Positions 11,337 to 24,600 of a stretch of 64,000 nt of DNA are shown here, one piece after another. The stretch lies in assembly GCF_006345805.1 (NCBI RefSeq), contig NC_043021.1, positions 22,754,001 to 22,818,000 on the forward strand, written 5' to 3'. The stretch is from Octopus sinensis (lineage: Eukaryota). Each line of letters opens with the position of its first letter. Position 1 is the first letter of the stretch. Under the pieces are notes generated by a model. That model was given only the letters and a program-made list of their open reading frames with translations, had not been told where the DNA came from and searched no databases. Both the position numbers and the translations under genes were made by a program.

Positions 11337-13654
11337 CCGCATAGGCCTCAAACATATAGAACAAGTTAGATATCTAAACATGTTCATATCATTAATAGAA
11401 AGCAAATGCGTACAATGATTCCGCTGCTAAATTTTTTGGCAGAATGAAAACGACAGTAGAGAGACAAACCAGAAATTAGCGCAGGCTAGAGAGTGGTTGT
11501 AGCGATGAATGAGAATAGTGACCCCGTTATCTATACATCGAAGATAAAAGAGAGGATGTAGTTTTTAAAACATCTAGAATTAGATCTTTAGGTAGTTATA
11601 AATTAATATCATAATAGACAATTCTACTATCTATGAAAATGAAACTTTACATCCTGCTCTATCAAGGCCATAGGTCATGGCGTGGTAAAAGGATATGTCT
11701 AATGGACTAGTGGTGATCGTAGAAAGAAACGTGGCTATAGGGATGGCTTATAAAGCTTATATTAACTGTCATTTGAAAGGGGATGGAAAGTGAATTGTTA
11801 AAAGGCATACCACTTAAATGCTTATGGGTGGAATATGAATTGAAGGATTAAGTTTTATCCTAGTTTTACTTGTAGCATGAAAGCAAAATGTAAATATATA
11901 GATATATACAAGCTAGAAAGATATTTGATATATAACTAAATAAGAGGATACTGTATACTTTAATATACGAAAATTATGAAAAAAAATTAAAACATATAAA
12001 TTGCCACCAAATTATTATGCTATAAAATCTTTGGAAATAAAACTATAAGCAAATATAAATATGAAATATAAGAACATATTAAAAAATGATGGATATATAT
12101 ATATATATACAAAGGCATTAAAATATGAAACATAAAAACATATATATAATATATATATAAGGGAGGAAATATAATTTTATATTCACAGTACACAGTGGGA
12201 TATATGAAACAAATTTTAAAACTGTCAAAAGTATTAATAAAAGATACAAAATTGTGAAAAATATATGAAGAGTATATAAAATCTTAAGATATAAGGATAT
12301 AAGATTTATATAATATATGAGGAAATATAAGAAAATGTCTGAAAGAATTATAATAAAAGTTATAAAAAACTATAAAAAATTATAAGCAAGTTCTTTTTCT
12401 AAAATAATTTATAAATGTACACCAATAAAAGATTCTTTACTAAGATATATAGAAAAAATAGTATACAATAAAATGAAAATATTATAATGGAATTTTTATA
12501 TAATCGGAATATTAATTAATTATTAATGCCATATGGAAAAGGAATAAGTATCCCGGGTTATAATAGAGATGAAATAGAATTAAGATTATCATTAGAAATA
12601 GAGTAAGAAAATAAATTTGAAATGCAACGAAGAACAAGGATTGAGGTATGATAGTCACAGATCATAGATGGTATATTTTATAATTAGACGAGTTTTTAAA
12701 AGGAAGAACTCATTAGGAAAATATAACGCCGCACGTTCGGCCTCACGAAACCAGTGAGTGTCCGATAGGTCAGAAGAGCGCGAATCTCGCCAAACCAGCT
12801 TTCTGAGAACGAAAAAATCGTTAGTCAAATAAGTCAGACGGGTTAAAAATTACGAGCAACACACTTGAGGACAACCTAAATACGAGAACTTTCATTAAGA
12901 AACCAATAACATTTACGGCAGAAATAATAAATTCTTTAGTGAGTTTTTAGATAGTTTTTTTTTTTTCATTTACCTTTGAAATGTAAAGACTTCGTTTGGT
13001 GAGTTCTTCTATTATTCACCGGTCTAATGATTTATTTTCGATCTCATTTTTTCTTCGACTGGTTCTTGATACTTCCGAATTCACGGTACAATTCCACCTT
13101 CTTTACGTTGCCAAGTTCACCCTAGTTTAGCAGTCAGTTCAATACCATCCACGGTGCACATTAACCGCCAAAACAACTTCACACTCTACACCAAAAAATG
13201 TATCAACTGATCCATACGAAATTTCTCTACCCCATCACACACACAACAACTGCCTCGCATCGATAGCATTGCATCGACTACATCAAACTGTTCACGTCGG
13301 CTTCCAGCATATCACCTTCTAGTCCGAAGTTCTAGCCCTCTGTCTACATTGCCTTTCGGCACGAACTAACTCGCGATGGGGCAAATTGTTTTCGTACTTC
13401 TCCAACACCGTAAAAGCGTAACAAAGACATACCATCTACGTTTTAAACAGTCACGTGACCACAAAGAATTCTGTTTTTCGTCTTCGCTTGCAAAACCAGA
13501 GACCAGTGCTCGAATTCACGTCAGACGATTGAAACACTATCTGAATATAATTCTTTTCGTTCGTTACAGTATATTTATATTAGCCATGATAGAATTTATT
13601 CACCATTGGGATTAGATAGGGATATATTGTGATTACGAAGATCACAGGGGTTAA

Positions 13655-13865
13655 AGAGAAAACAAAATCTACAAAAGCTACTGAGTATCTAAGTAATGAT
13701 ACTGCCCAAGTATTTACAACCTTCACTTGAGTCGGACCATTTAGTTTTGAGTTCATTAGCTTCCTCACCCTTCTGATGTACTCCTTCTCAATTTGCGTTT
13801 CCATTTCTGTTGTTAGTACCCCGTCACAATGGAGGGCGCCGTTCACTGGACGTAATACACACAAC
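13655..13865 (-). mobile_element. R4/Dong-type (RLE) non-LTR retrotransposon fragment, region after the RT domain
   Basis: Translates to DGVLTTEMETQIEKEYIRRVRKLMNSKLNGPTQVKVVNTWAVSLLRYSVAFVD, the characteristic 'EY.RRV.K.L.SKLNG.N..KAINTWAV..RY' block. Confidence 0.85.
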
Positions 13866-15124
13866 CATATTTATAAAAGAAAAAAACTCTGTGTCCACAG
13901 ACAACCGCTTATTTTCGGACAATATGACTGCATTTTACTTAGTAGGATGCCAATATTGGAACATTCATGATCTTCTAAATTTCCTGCTCTTTTCTCTTGG
14001 AGTTGGCACCATTTTCCGAGCAAACGTTACTCTACAATCCTTGTAAGCGAAGATTATTTCAATAAAACAAGAATCTACTCTTTAAGGTATTTGATATAAC
14101 CTCATTCATCCTTTCTCTTTGAAAACATACTTCTAGAATTCAGGAGTTATACCTCCTAGGACCTCTTATTTGATTTTATGCAAAATACCAAACCAAGAAT
14201 AGCGTTGAATATTTTCATAAATACCTAAATATGTCTGTTCATATGGATTCTATATCGTTGCGTTGCATAAAGTCGTTATCCTCGATATGAATATTTGCAT
14301 TGGCCATATTTGTCATACAGCCATTCCTCTAATATCTGCGGAAGCTGTGAAAATTACAGGAAATTCAACATGTCTGTTGCATAGTATATCATAATGTATA
14401 TCATAAACCAGCAATAAACTGTCCAGATTGCAGTTTTCTATTCGTAAATACGAGACGAAAATAAGACAAAACAACAACAAAATCTCATCACTCTAATACT
14501 GATATATTGCTACTGGTTACCGCATCTAGAGAGATGGAATATGTGGTTGTAACTGTAAAAAAAGAAACCGATATATCAACAATAGACATAAAACTGAAAA
14601 GTCGTATAAGTTCTTACTGAAAAAAAACATATATTGCAATGTATGACTTGAGGTTATGTAGTACAGTCTCACATCCGACAATGCTGCTGGGTTGGACATC
14701 ATTTGCTTACGTCACACATATACAGACACATGTGTGCCAGTATATTTTGCATAAAATGTGTGTGCGTGTGTGTTTATGTGTATGTGTGTTTGAGGGAGAG
14801 ACAGAGAGAATAAGTGTGTGTGTGTGTGTGTGTGTGTGTATGAGCAAGCAAAATATTTAGTTATAAATAAAAACAATATACATTAAATTGAGTTCTGCAG
14901 CATGATTTATCAATGTATTTGTCAGATTATTTTTCTATTATTTTTTTCTCTTTTTATTTTAATGTCTATTTTCTTTTACTGGTTTCTTTCATATCATTTG
15001 ATATCTGTTTCAGAATAAATAAAAATGATAAAAATCGTTATAAACTCATCATTACATCTACCAACTTATTGTGTGCATGGGAAAAAAACGACATAGCATA
15101 GCACTTGTAATTATTATTTCCATT

Positions 15125-16575
15125 TTACTTCAAAGATCTCTCGATTTTATTTGCTTCGGTTATGTAACGGCAGGACGCAAAGTGTTATCATAGATCTCAC
15201 AAGGGTTTTTTCCACGATACGTAACACCCAAGAACCAATCTCAAAATTGTCGCTGTCCCTAATACAGTAGCTTTTTGAGTATTTACTATCTGCATATCAT
15301 TTCCATTTTCTCCTCCGCCATATTTCTCAAGCCTGGGTTTTAGTGTTCCGAGTACCCCTACAAATACTGAGAGCGCTTACATTCCTGCAATTTCGTCTTT
15401 TAGTACCTTTTAGTACCTTGTACTTTTCAATCTTTTCCAGTTGTTTCCCACCCACCGTACAACCTCAGGTAGATCCAGGTAAATGATGTTGATATTCTTC
15501 ACCCTTTTAACCTGTACCACCCTATCTGGCCTCCAAACTTCAACCTCGAAGTCACAGTTGATTGTAACATCCTACAATATCTTGTGTACATTATGATAGC
15601 TAACGCCTTCTGTTTTATGCTACTATCATTTCCGTGTTCCGTCCAAACAGCACTTCTTACACAATCTCCAGGGAACAGACCTGGACACGTGCCTCCGTAT
15701 TTCTTTTGCTCCACTCTCCTGCACTTACTCACTCAAAACATGTGTAATTTCGCTTTTTTTCCGTGCTTCCACACATTCTACAAAAAGGTGATTTAATATT
15801 CTTATGGAATTTCAGCTTAGTAGAATTAGAGCTTGCTCCTCGGCGCTTCATACAAATGCCTTAGTGCATCATTTCAGAGCATATTTCTTCAACCACCTCC
15901 AAATCTGCTGCTCTTGTCTTCCCCTTCGATATCTCCAAGGCATTGCCCATGCATTGCTTTTATTTTCTAGTTGTTGATTCTGACTCCTATATCAGGTTTC
16001 CTAAATATGTTTGGGTGTGTCATATTTTCAGTAGAAGTTGCTATTTGTAGCGCCGAAGAACAAAGGTTCATTCTGCTGTTTGACCTACCAACCCACACTG
16101 TTTTTCCCAATTGACAGTGCACATCGTGAATTCTATGAGGCCTCTTCTTCCCTCGTACCTAGGCACATACTGTCTATCGATATCGCCTTTTGGGTGCAGT
16201 TCCTTGTTCATTGTCATGACTTGCCAGGTCTTGATATCCATTTCTTGTAACTCATTCTTTGTCTACCTAACAATCCATGGGAGTATTGCTTTGAGGAGAC
16301 AGCCCATTTATTCATTCCTCTGATCTTGTTCTTTCGATTGACTTTATTATCCAGAATTAATTTGGTTCTACTCAGCTTTTCTTACCTAAAGCGCCCCTTC
16401 ATCTCATTCTTGATTTTATCATACTCAGAATTACCCAGACGCTCATATCCACGTTTCTGAACATCCTTGATTCTCTCGCCACAACGTAGTTGTACATCAT
16501 CTGATGAAACTACATTGCCTTTTTTATGACGATCATACAATGCTGTTCAATCCAGAATTCCATCCGGATGACATT
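15125..16575 (-). mobile_element. 5'-truncated, degenerate R4/Dong-type non-LTR retrotransposon (RT end + RLE endonuclease)
   Basis: Successive frameshifted blocks: DIRMEF..IKKGNVVSSDDVQL..; MTMNKELHPKGDIDRQYVPRYEGRRGL; HVLSE..VPWRLCKK; RPDRVVQV (PD motif); QKATVLGTATILRLVLG (C-terminus). Confidence 0.9.
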
Positions 16576-16579
16576 ATTA

Positions 16580-16591
16580 TTACCATTATTA

Positions 16592-16647
<56 letters not shown>

Positions 16648-16690
16648 GTTATGATTGTTATTATTATTAATTATTATTAGTAGTAGTATT
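16580..16690. repeat. (ATT)n/(TAA)n microsatellite, forming the 3' tail of the adjacent retroelement
   Basis: Direct inspection. Confidence 0.95.
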
Positions 16691-16960
16691 GCCTTTGCAC
16701 GGCTTCTAACGCTGCAGATGTACTGCGATCTCAGTTGTTCACTACCAGCGAACTAAGGTAACACTTCTGCAAGTACACCACTGTTATTGCAGCCCCTATT
16801 TGTTCCACGTACTTCTCAAGATTCTTACATACTGTTCCCATGGCTCCGAAAATTATTCATACTTCTGATACCTTTTTCATCGCGCATACCTTGATATCAG
16901 GTGGGCATGCTATATCTATGATCCAGCATAGTTTGCTTTCTTTCTCAATTAAGTATATGT
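16690..16960 (-). mobile_element. Second R4/Dong-type element, short 3' fragment (RLE domain)
   Basis: RKP..LIEKESKLCWIIDIACPPDIKVC..MKKV..IIFGAMGTVCKNLEKYVEQIGAAITV..LQK; flanked on both sides by (TAA)n. Confidence 0.85.
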
Positions 16961-16969
16961 TGGCTTCCT

Positions 16970-17004
16970 TATTAATATTATTATTATCATTATTATTATT
17001 TTTA

Positions 17005-17083
<79 letters not shown>

Positions 17084-17150
17084 TTTATCATTATTATCAT
17101 TATTATCATTATTATTATTATTATTATTATTATTTTTGTTATTATTACAT
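16970..17150. repeat. (ATT)n microsatellite
   Basis: Direct inspection. Confidence 0.95.
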
Positions 17151-19145
17151 GATGAATACAATTATAGAAATGTTTACCTTTTTTGTTCTACAAATTATGA
17201 AAATAATGCTTTATATAATGAGTTATATAATAATCTATTAATTATATTGTGTAGTTTATGCATCTCAGTATCATATTATATCATGACATATCCTCATGTA
17301 TTATTTAATGCCATTCACTACACCTTTTATCTTTGTATATAGGCTCAAGATTCGGAGTTATATATTGCTAAAGGATATAAGCATCGGCTACAAATCCGAA
17401 ACAAAAATGTGTGTTCTTCAGAAGTGATATGAATGTTTCATCAATAATGAACACTTTTGAAACACATAGGAAGAAACACTGTGTATTACTTATTAACAGA
17501 CTGAGAACCTTTTACCTCCGACTCTATTCTTCCCGAACTGCGGCATAAAATATAAACATATATTTCTCTAATTATTTTGGCCGTGATCCGAACTGCTAAT
17601 CCGATTCGCTACTCACCCTTTTATTACGTGAATATATTTTGTCAAAGGATTGTACAGCATGTTACTATACAAGAGAAAAGAAGGATTTCAATAACAGACC
17701 CTCAAATCAGAAAATCTGATGCATCGACAGCAATAAATTCCAACGATGCTTGAACGTTTTCGTTTCATTACTTTTTCTATTGAAAATATTTACTTCAAGG
17801 GGATAAATCCCTGTGCAAGATGATTTATTTTCGCTTTATTTATTTGATATTTGATATTTGGTATGGCAATATTTTCCAGGGCCACATAAGGACACTAGCT
17901 TTGGAAGTTTTGATTCTATAGAGGATATTAAATGTGGAAGAATTGCCAAACAGTTGTCGAGTGTCATATTGAATATCAATCGGTTTTTGTTTAGGATTTC
18001 TCATATTATTTCAGTACATAATTGGAAAGGTGGATCGCTGTTAGCCATAGGAGATTGAACAGTAACATTTTTATATTTAGAATAGACTTGGCAAGGAAAC
18101 AATTTTGATTGAAGTCGAAACCTCACTTTTCACGTTATATTATCGTCATATTGAACGATTTTTGTCTCCTTGCATGGGGAATGGCATAACATTTGTGATG
18201 AAAAGACTCATAACTCGAATATTGGATTGAAGTTCGATTCCAAACAAGATTTTTACGAAATTCGCTAATTCCAATAATGGTGCATACATGAGCACAACAA
18301 ATTCCAATAATTCAAGCCTTAAACCTATATATTTAGTCAGAAAGGAATTGAAAAAGACAATAGAGGATAGTTTGTCATTCCACTGCTTGGAATATGTGCT
18401 ATATAATTATCTATCTTCTATAAGTATTTGTTTACTCTCAGCTTGCCGTTTGACCCTTGTTTATCGATATGCGTTCTAGCCGTGGCCATCCCATTTTTCC
18501 TTCCTTTTTCATAGGCTGATGTTGCATGATAATAACGACTGCAGAATATTATAGAATGGGTAAAATATCGCATCATATTGCCCGCAGGGTATTTTATTTA
18601 TCCACATTTTATACTACCGGCACACGTGTTATACATTTTCCTAATTCTATCCCAACATAAATCTATTGATCGAGATGTTACTGCTTTATAATTTTAAAAA
18701 TGGATTGTCGTATATTCGAATGTTCTCCTTCGTTCAGCTTGTTTAATTCACAACTCACGAAAGCCTTTTATGAAATTTAGAAACAAACAAGTAGAACTCT
18801 TGTCAATTGTAAAAGTTCAATTTCTGAGATGTATTTACTTACAAAGTCATCCCAGCGTTCAGTTTAAATTATTTTTTTTCGTTTTTTATGTGGTGTGGAA
18901 TAATAGGGAAATTTGGCTACACCTTTCACCTTTTAATAGGTTGTCTGACCCTGTTGAAGGTAACACTTCGGCAACGAGGTACTGCACCTTTACAACGCTT
19001 AATGACAGGAATACATTAAGTATACCGTATTGTTGATAGATTTAATATGTTTATATTTGATAAAAAATGCTTATCTCGAAATCTTTCTCTAAATTATACT
19101 TATCTGACAATCATTCTAAAGTTTCATAGCAGAAAATATATTTTC

Positions 19146-19344
19146 TATTTCCTTACTACCCACAAGAGGCTAAACACAGAGAGGACAAACAAGGACAGAC
19201 AAACGGATTAAGTCTATTATATCGACCCCAGTGCCTAACTGGTACTTAATTTATCGACCCAGAAAGGATGAAAGGCAAAGTCGACCTCGGCGGAATTTGA
19301 ACTCAGAACGTAACGGCAGACGAAATACCGCTAAGCTCGCCGCC
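19146..19344 (-). mobile_element. SINE family B (tRNA head + Meta-domain-like core) with 22-bp TSD and internal deletion
   Basis: Exact direct repeat tcatagcagaaaatatattttc at 19124-19145 and 19345-19366; core (minus strand) gcctttcatcctttctgggtcgataaattaagtacc; about 32 bp of the head is deleted. Confidence 0.95.
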
Positions 19345-20029
19345 TCATAGCAGAAAATATATTTTCATTCTGCTTCACATTAAAATACGAGAGAGGTATA
19401 ACGTATATCGGAGGAGATTTGCTTAACCACGTGGATATGTTTGCTCCCAGGAGTACAAATATTAGTTCGATGCAACAATACAGAAGGAAATAAGTACATA
19501 GTTCTTGCTAACGTTGTCCTAGAAAGGAAAAAATATAATTCAGATTTTGACAATTACAACTAGTGTTTCCACATTATCAAAACCCGATACACAATTATGA
19601 ATTTACAACGCAAACATATATATTTGTCTTCAATTGCCTCATTGTCTCGTTATGTTCTCTGCAATAACAAATCTGATATAAAAGCGTTTGTTGCAAATCG
19701 TCAAAAAATTAAGTGGGATTCATAACAAATTTGAATTTTATACGTTTTTTATATGTTAACATTTTATATGAGAAAAGAAATTATTTTCTCGGTGGATAGT
19801 TATCCACTTGAGTTTATTTTCTTTGAATGTAAAATGGATTTCTTTATCCGAGATATCTCTGTTAATATATAATGGTACTTCAACAAAGTAATTACTGTAA
19901 TGTGTTAGAAAAGTATTGAAAACTACGTTAATATTATTTATTAACTGGTGTTTGTTCAACAGGATTTAAAATGATATTTGTCTTGGAATATTCTCCATTG
20001 TATGGAAGGTATGCGTGTGTGATTAAGAT

Positions 20030-20420
20030 CGCTTTGCAATCACATATATATGGTTTCAAATTCATTTCTCTTTCGTGGCACATTGGGCGAGTGTCATCCA
20101 CTATAGTTACAGGGTGACCAACACCATATGAATAAATTTGAACAACTGAAACTCTGTGGCGAACCTCCTGTATAAACGGAAGTATATATGGGAGTGTGTG
20201 TGTGTTCGAGTATGCGTGAGTGTGTGTTGGTCTCCTACCACCACTTAAAAACCACTGTTCTTTTGTTCACGTTCCTCTAATGAGTGGTGTCACAAAAGAG
20301 ACCGTTTGAATAAATATGAGACTTAAAATAAGTACCTGGGTAGATTTGTTTGATTAGACATACCTGTGGAAGTGTACGGACATGATCATGATCCAACAGC
20401 TCCAGTAATTGAAAAATGAA
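20030..20420 (+). mobile_element. SINE family C, old copy
   Basis: gtggcacattgggcgagtgtc CORE-like segment, (TG)n centre, aaaagagaccgtttgaataa...aataagtacctggg tail. Confidence 0.65.
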
Positions 20421-21146
20421 AGAGACGTCCCTAGATCTTGGTTTACAAAGCAACTGTGCATATCCATATGTAAACGCAGCCACACACATATACACACATA
20501 TATAGAGAGAGAAGGAGAGAAAGTGAGAGAGAGAGGGATATCACAGAAATCAAGAGGGTACAATAATAAGTGAAATAAAACACAAACACATAATAAGCAA
20601 AGATGCTAGTTATAAAATCTCTGATAGTAATGCCAGATTCGCACACAAGACTTGGATTTTCTAGAAGATACTTACTCAAAACGGGTCCCATAACGCGGAC
20701 CCTAAAAGCACGTCATTGGTTTAGAAGGGAAAACTTAATGATATAGGCATAACAAATGTTCTGTTGGCATGGATAACGAAACATCTCTTTCGAGTTACTG
20801 CTTCTTGTATAGGATCTGTCGTATATCACGAAACCACAGCTTTCTTTCCACACTTTACAAAATGCAGAATTACTGACACCCAACAAATATTTCCAGGATA
20901 TAAACTTCTAGATTCTTGTACATTCAGCCAATAGATGACACCCGTATTATTGGTAAGAATATCACATATCTGTAAGCTGCGTCCTTGTAATTGTATTCAT
21001 AGCAATAAAATATCACAAAGAGCTGCGCCATTCGAAACTAACGTAGTTATATGAAATTTACGAAGATAGCTGCGTAAAACTGCGAAAGAACACATCAACA
21101 ACATTACACCACCTTCCTATTTGCGCTTAATATATTGTTGTTGTTC

Positions 21147-21201
<55 letters not shown>

Positions 21202-24200
21202 TGCTCTTGTGCTGTTGTTTTTGTTGTTGACGCTGTTGTATCATCTATATATTTCACATATGTTTTTCTTTTGTTTTTTTTTTAATGCTGTTGCCGTGTT
21301 ATCTCCTTTAAACTATTTTGCTTCCTTCGAATCGCTCTCCTTCTTGGAAACCAAATTTCTTCTTTTTTCTCTTTCTGTCGGTGTTTTCCTCTCCTATTTT
21401 ATTTGATTTTTGTTTGTTTTTCCTTTCTTTTTTTTTTGTCGTAATCCTGTGTCATAAATTTATTTGATCTATTTTCTCATGCTGAAAATGTGAAAGTATT
21501 TTGCGGTGTGAGAAATGAAAAAAAAAATAAATAAATACAAGGGAAAATAAAATAAAAACACTAAAGTAAATGTGTCTGGTTAGAGACAAAAATTGTAAAA
21601 AAAAGAAATCACAAAAAATTAACGAAAATTGCTTCATGCCGTTTTTTTACTCACAAGAGCATGCATACATTTCTAGTTTTACAATGTTCTCAGTTTTCTT
21701 CACCTTCTACAACGAATATGCCTACTGTATTATTCTTTACTGCATTCCCCATTCCTCCAGCACCTAAACCTCCTCCTCCTACTTCTCCTCCTATTCGCTG
21801 TTGTTACTAATGGTGATGATGGTTCAGTTTTTGTGCCCTTCTTCTTTTGCGTTTTTGCGTCCACGCTCTCTTTCTGTTTTTCTCTTTTTATACTTTTCAT
21901 TTTTCCATTTATATTTCTAAGTATTTTTTTCGATCATAAGGATCATCGCCACCACCACCAGCAAAAGCATTCTTCTTCATCATCACAATCATTATTTCCG
22001 TCATGATAATCGTCACTTGTGACCTTTGTAGCAGTAACGAAACAGCATTTCAAAATCGATGAATTCTCCCTCAATGTGTCCTCTGTTACACACACGGCGT
22101 CAAATATAAAACCATATTAAAAATCGTAACCAAACACGATATCAGATGGCGGTCATATCAAGTATATTCTGTCAGCTGATATTTCGTAGAGAACCTGACT
22201 ATTTTCTATAATAATTGTTCAGACCAAGATTCCGTTTTCAATAGTAAAATACAAGTTTTATGATAAGGTCGTAGGTAAAACGAAATTAATGGATGTTTTC
22301 TTCAAGAATTTACCATAAAATTATAAAATCATTCTGGTTAATCCCTGAGTTGCATCGTTTTTGTTTTCCTCACACATAAATATTTCTTGCTAACTGGTTA
22401 ATGTCGCCTGCATTATTATGCTAATATTAGCGTATTATTTCTATTCCAGAAGATAGATTACCGTCTTCTATGTTATCAAATTCAAGTACCAAAATCTCTA
22501 TTACATAAAGAACTTGAAACGTAGGGTTACCGTATATATTTTATGTTTTGTGCGCAACATTATTGCAGGGTAAAATTCATGGCTGTTTCTGTGTTGTGCC
22601 AATAGTAATGTATTATTTCTCTTTCATGCAGTTGATCGCCTCTTGTGTCATCAAATGGCAAAATGTAAGAGAACTGTGAAAGATACGATTATAGTATGTA
22701 TATATATTTCCCGTTTTGTATGTAACATTGCTGCAGTACAAAATTCATGAGAGTCGTTTTAGTGGATCGCTGTCATTCCTTAACATTTAGTTACTTCTCA
22801 GATCAATGTTAAACCACGCGTGCAGAGGCAGGCATGCAGAGGAATGCTCTCTTCTCCAGAAAACTTAAATCGAAAAGCGAAAGCGTCATATAATGTAAAT
22901 AAATGTATGACAACATAAACGGACGTTTACATGTACGTACATACACACATATACAAAAGACAAACACACATACACCACACAACTCACACACATACACACA
23001 CATACACACTCATATGCAATCGTGGTATCATACCTAGAGTAGATGTCTAATTTGAAGTAGCTCTAATACTGCCGTTCATATAGAATACTTGCATATATTC
23101 ACTCATAAATATATATGTACACACATACGCACACACACGCACACATATATGCGTGTGTATTTCTGCGTGTTTGTGTGTGTGAGGGTTTCTACGCAATACA
23201 CTACAAGTTATGCGTGCATGTTGCATTCGCTTCGAGATATACAAGTGAGTCACATATTCTTATTTTCTCGATGATTCTACATTTATTCGGTAAATGGAAA
23301 TAAACTTTTGCACTTGTGAAATGTAACGTTTCGAAGTTTATGTTGGAATCATATAAGTTTACATTAGTGAAAGTTGTAGCACGTCTTATATTTTTGCAAC
23401 GTTTTCTTAAACAGATCCCGTTATTTTCTTGCATGGAGTGACTTCCTAACGCAATATATTAAAAGGTATCATTTATCTTTTTACTTTGCTTTCATAAAAC
23501 ACTAAAAGGCAATGTTGAACATACGTTGCGATATACGAAGAGCGAAACGTCACTGCTGGGATGGCTTTGTCATAGGCCTGCTTATTCAGATATAATCAGT
23601 GTTTAAGCAGCAATTGTGCAACCTCTAACGCAGTATTACTAGATTTTCTTCTTTCTTAACTGCTAAAATGATCAGGCATATACACATCGAATGAAACACT
23701 TGAGGACACAGACATTATGAAAATGTTAAACACAGGACTGGCGAGGCATCAATGCTAGTTTCCCCATTAATCAACATGGAATGATACAATCGCAAATAAG
23801 TAAACCCCTACATGGTAATTTTACGGGCTAAATATTAATAAGAGTAACAGACGACTAGCTCAGCCGTCGCCGCTATATTCAGATGAAGCGTAAAACATAA
23901 GTGGCTGGAAGCCATTATAATCGTCATATACCTGCTGTCGATACGGAAGTGTTTCCAGCATTGCAATGGAATTAGAAGAGCTTGCAAGAACCGCTGAGTA
24001 GCTCTTGCAGTTTCTGAGAAATTTCTCTGATGTCTATTTCACCCTAAAATCACAGAGAATCGAAAAACCTAAAGAAAAATTAGTATCATTGCTACGTACG
24101 ATACATTTGACAGCGCGGTTTCGCGGTTTGTAAACAGCGAACTTATAGATATACGCTCATTCATACGCTCACAAACGCAAATATTATGTACAAGCGAATA

Positions 24201-24202
24201 TA

Positions 24203-24600
24203 TATTTCTTTACTACCCACAAGGGGCTAAACACAGAGGACAGGCAAACAAGGACAGTCAAACGGATTAAGACGTAACTGGTACTTAATTAATCGACCCC
24301 GAAAGGATAAAAGGCAAAGTCGAGCTCGGCGGAATTTGAACTCAGAACATAACGACAGACGAAATGCCTATTTCTTTATTACCCACAAGGGGCTAAACAT
24401 AGAGGGGACAAACAAGGACAGACAAAAGGATTAAGTCGATTATATCGACCCCAGTGCGTAACTGGTACTTAATTAATCGACCCCGAAAAGATGAAAGGCA
24501 AAGTCGACCTCGGCGGAATTTGAACTCAGAGCGTAACGGCAGACGAAATACGGCTATGCATTTCGCCCGGCGTGCTAACGTTTCTGCCAGCTCGCCGCCT
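24203..24600 (-). mobile_element. SINE family B tandem dimer
   Basis: Full head at 24600; two body units joined at gaaatgcc|tatttc (24368/24369); degenerate TSD tgtacaagcgaatata / tgtacaaacacatata flanks the whole dimer. Confidence 0.95.

Noticed and set aside
11900-12640. NUMT hypothesis for the skewed AT-rich block
   Set aside because: No mitochondrial protein, tRNA or rRNA motif recognised, and stops occur in the frames I tried.
13090-13380. Possible CR1/L2 3'-end remnant (DPYEISLP...)
   Set aside because: Similarity is limited to a few residues; not supportable without a profile search.
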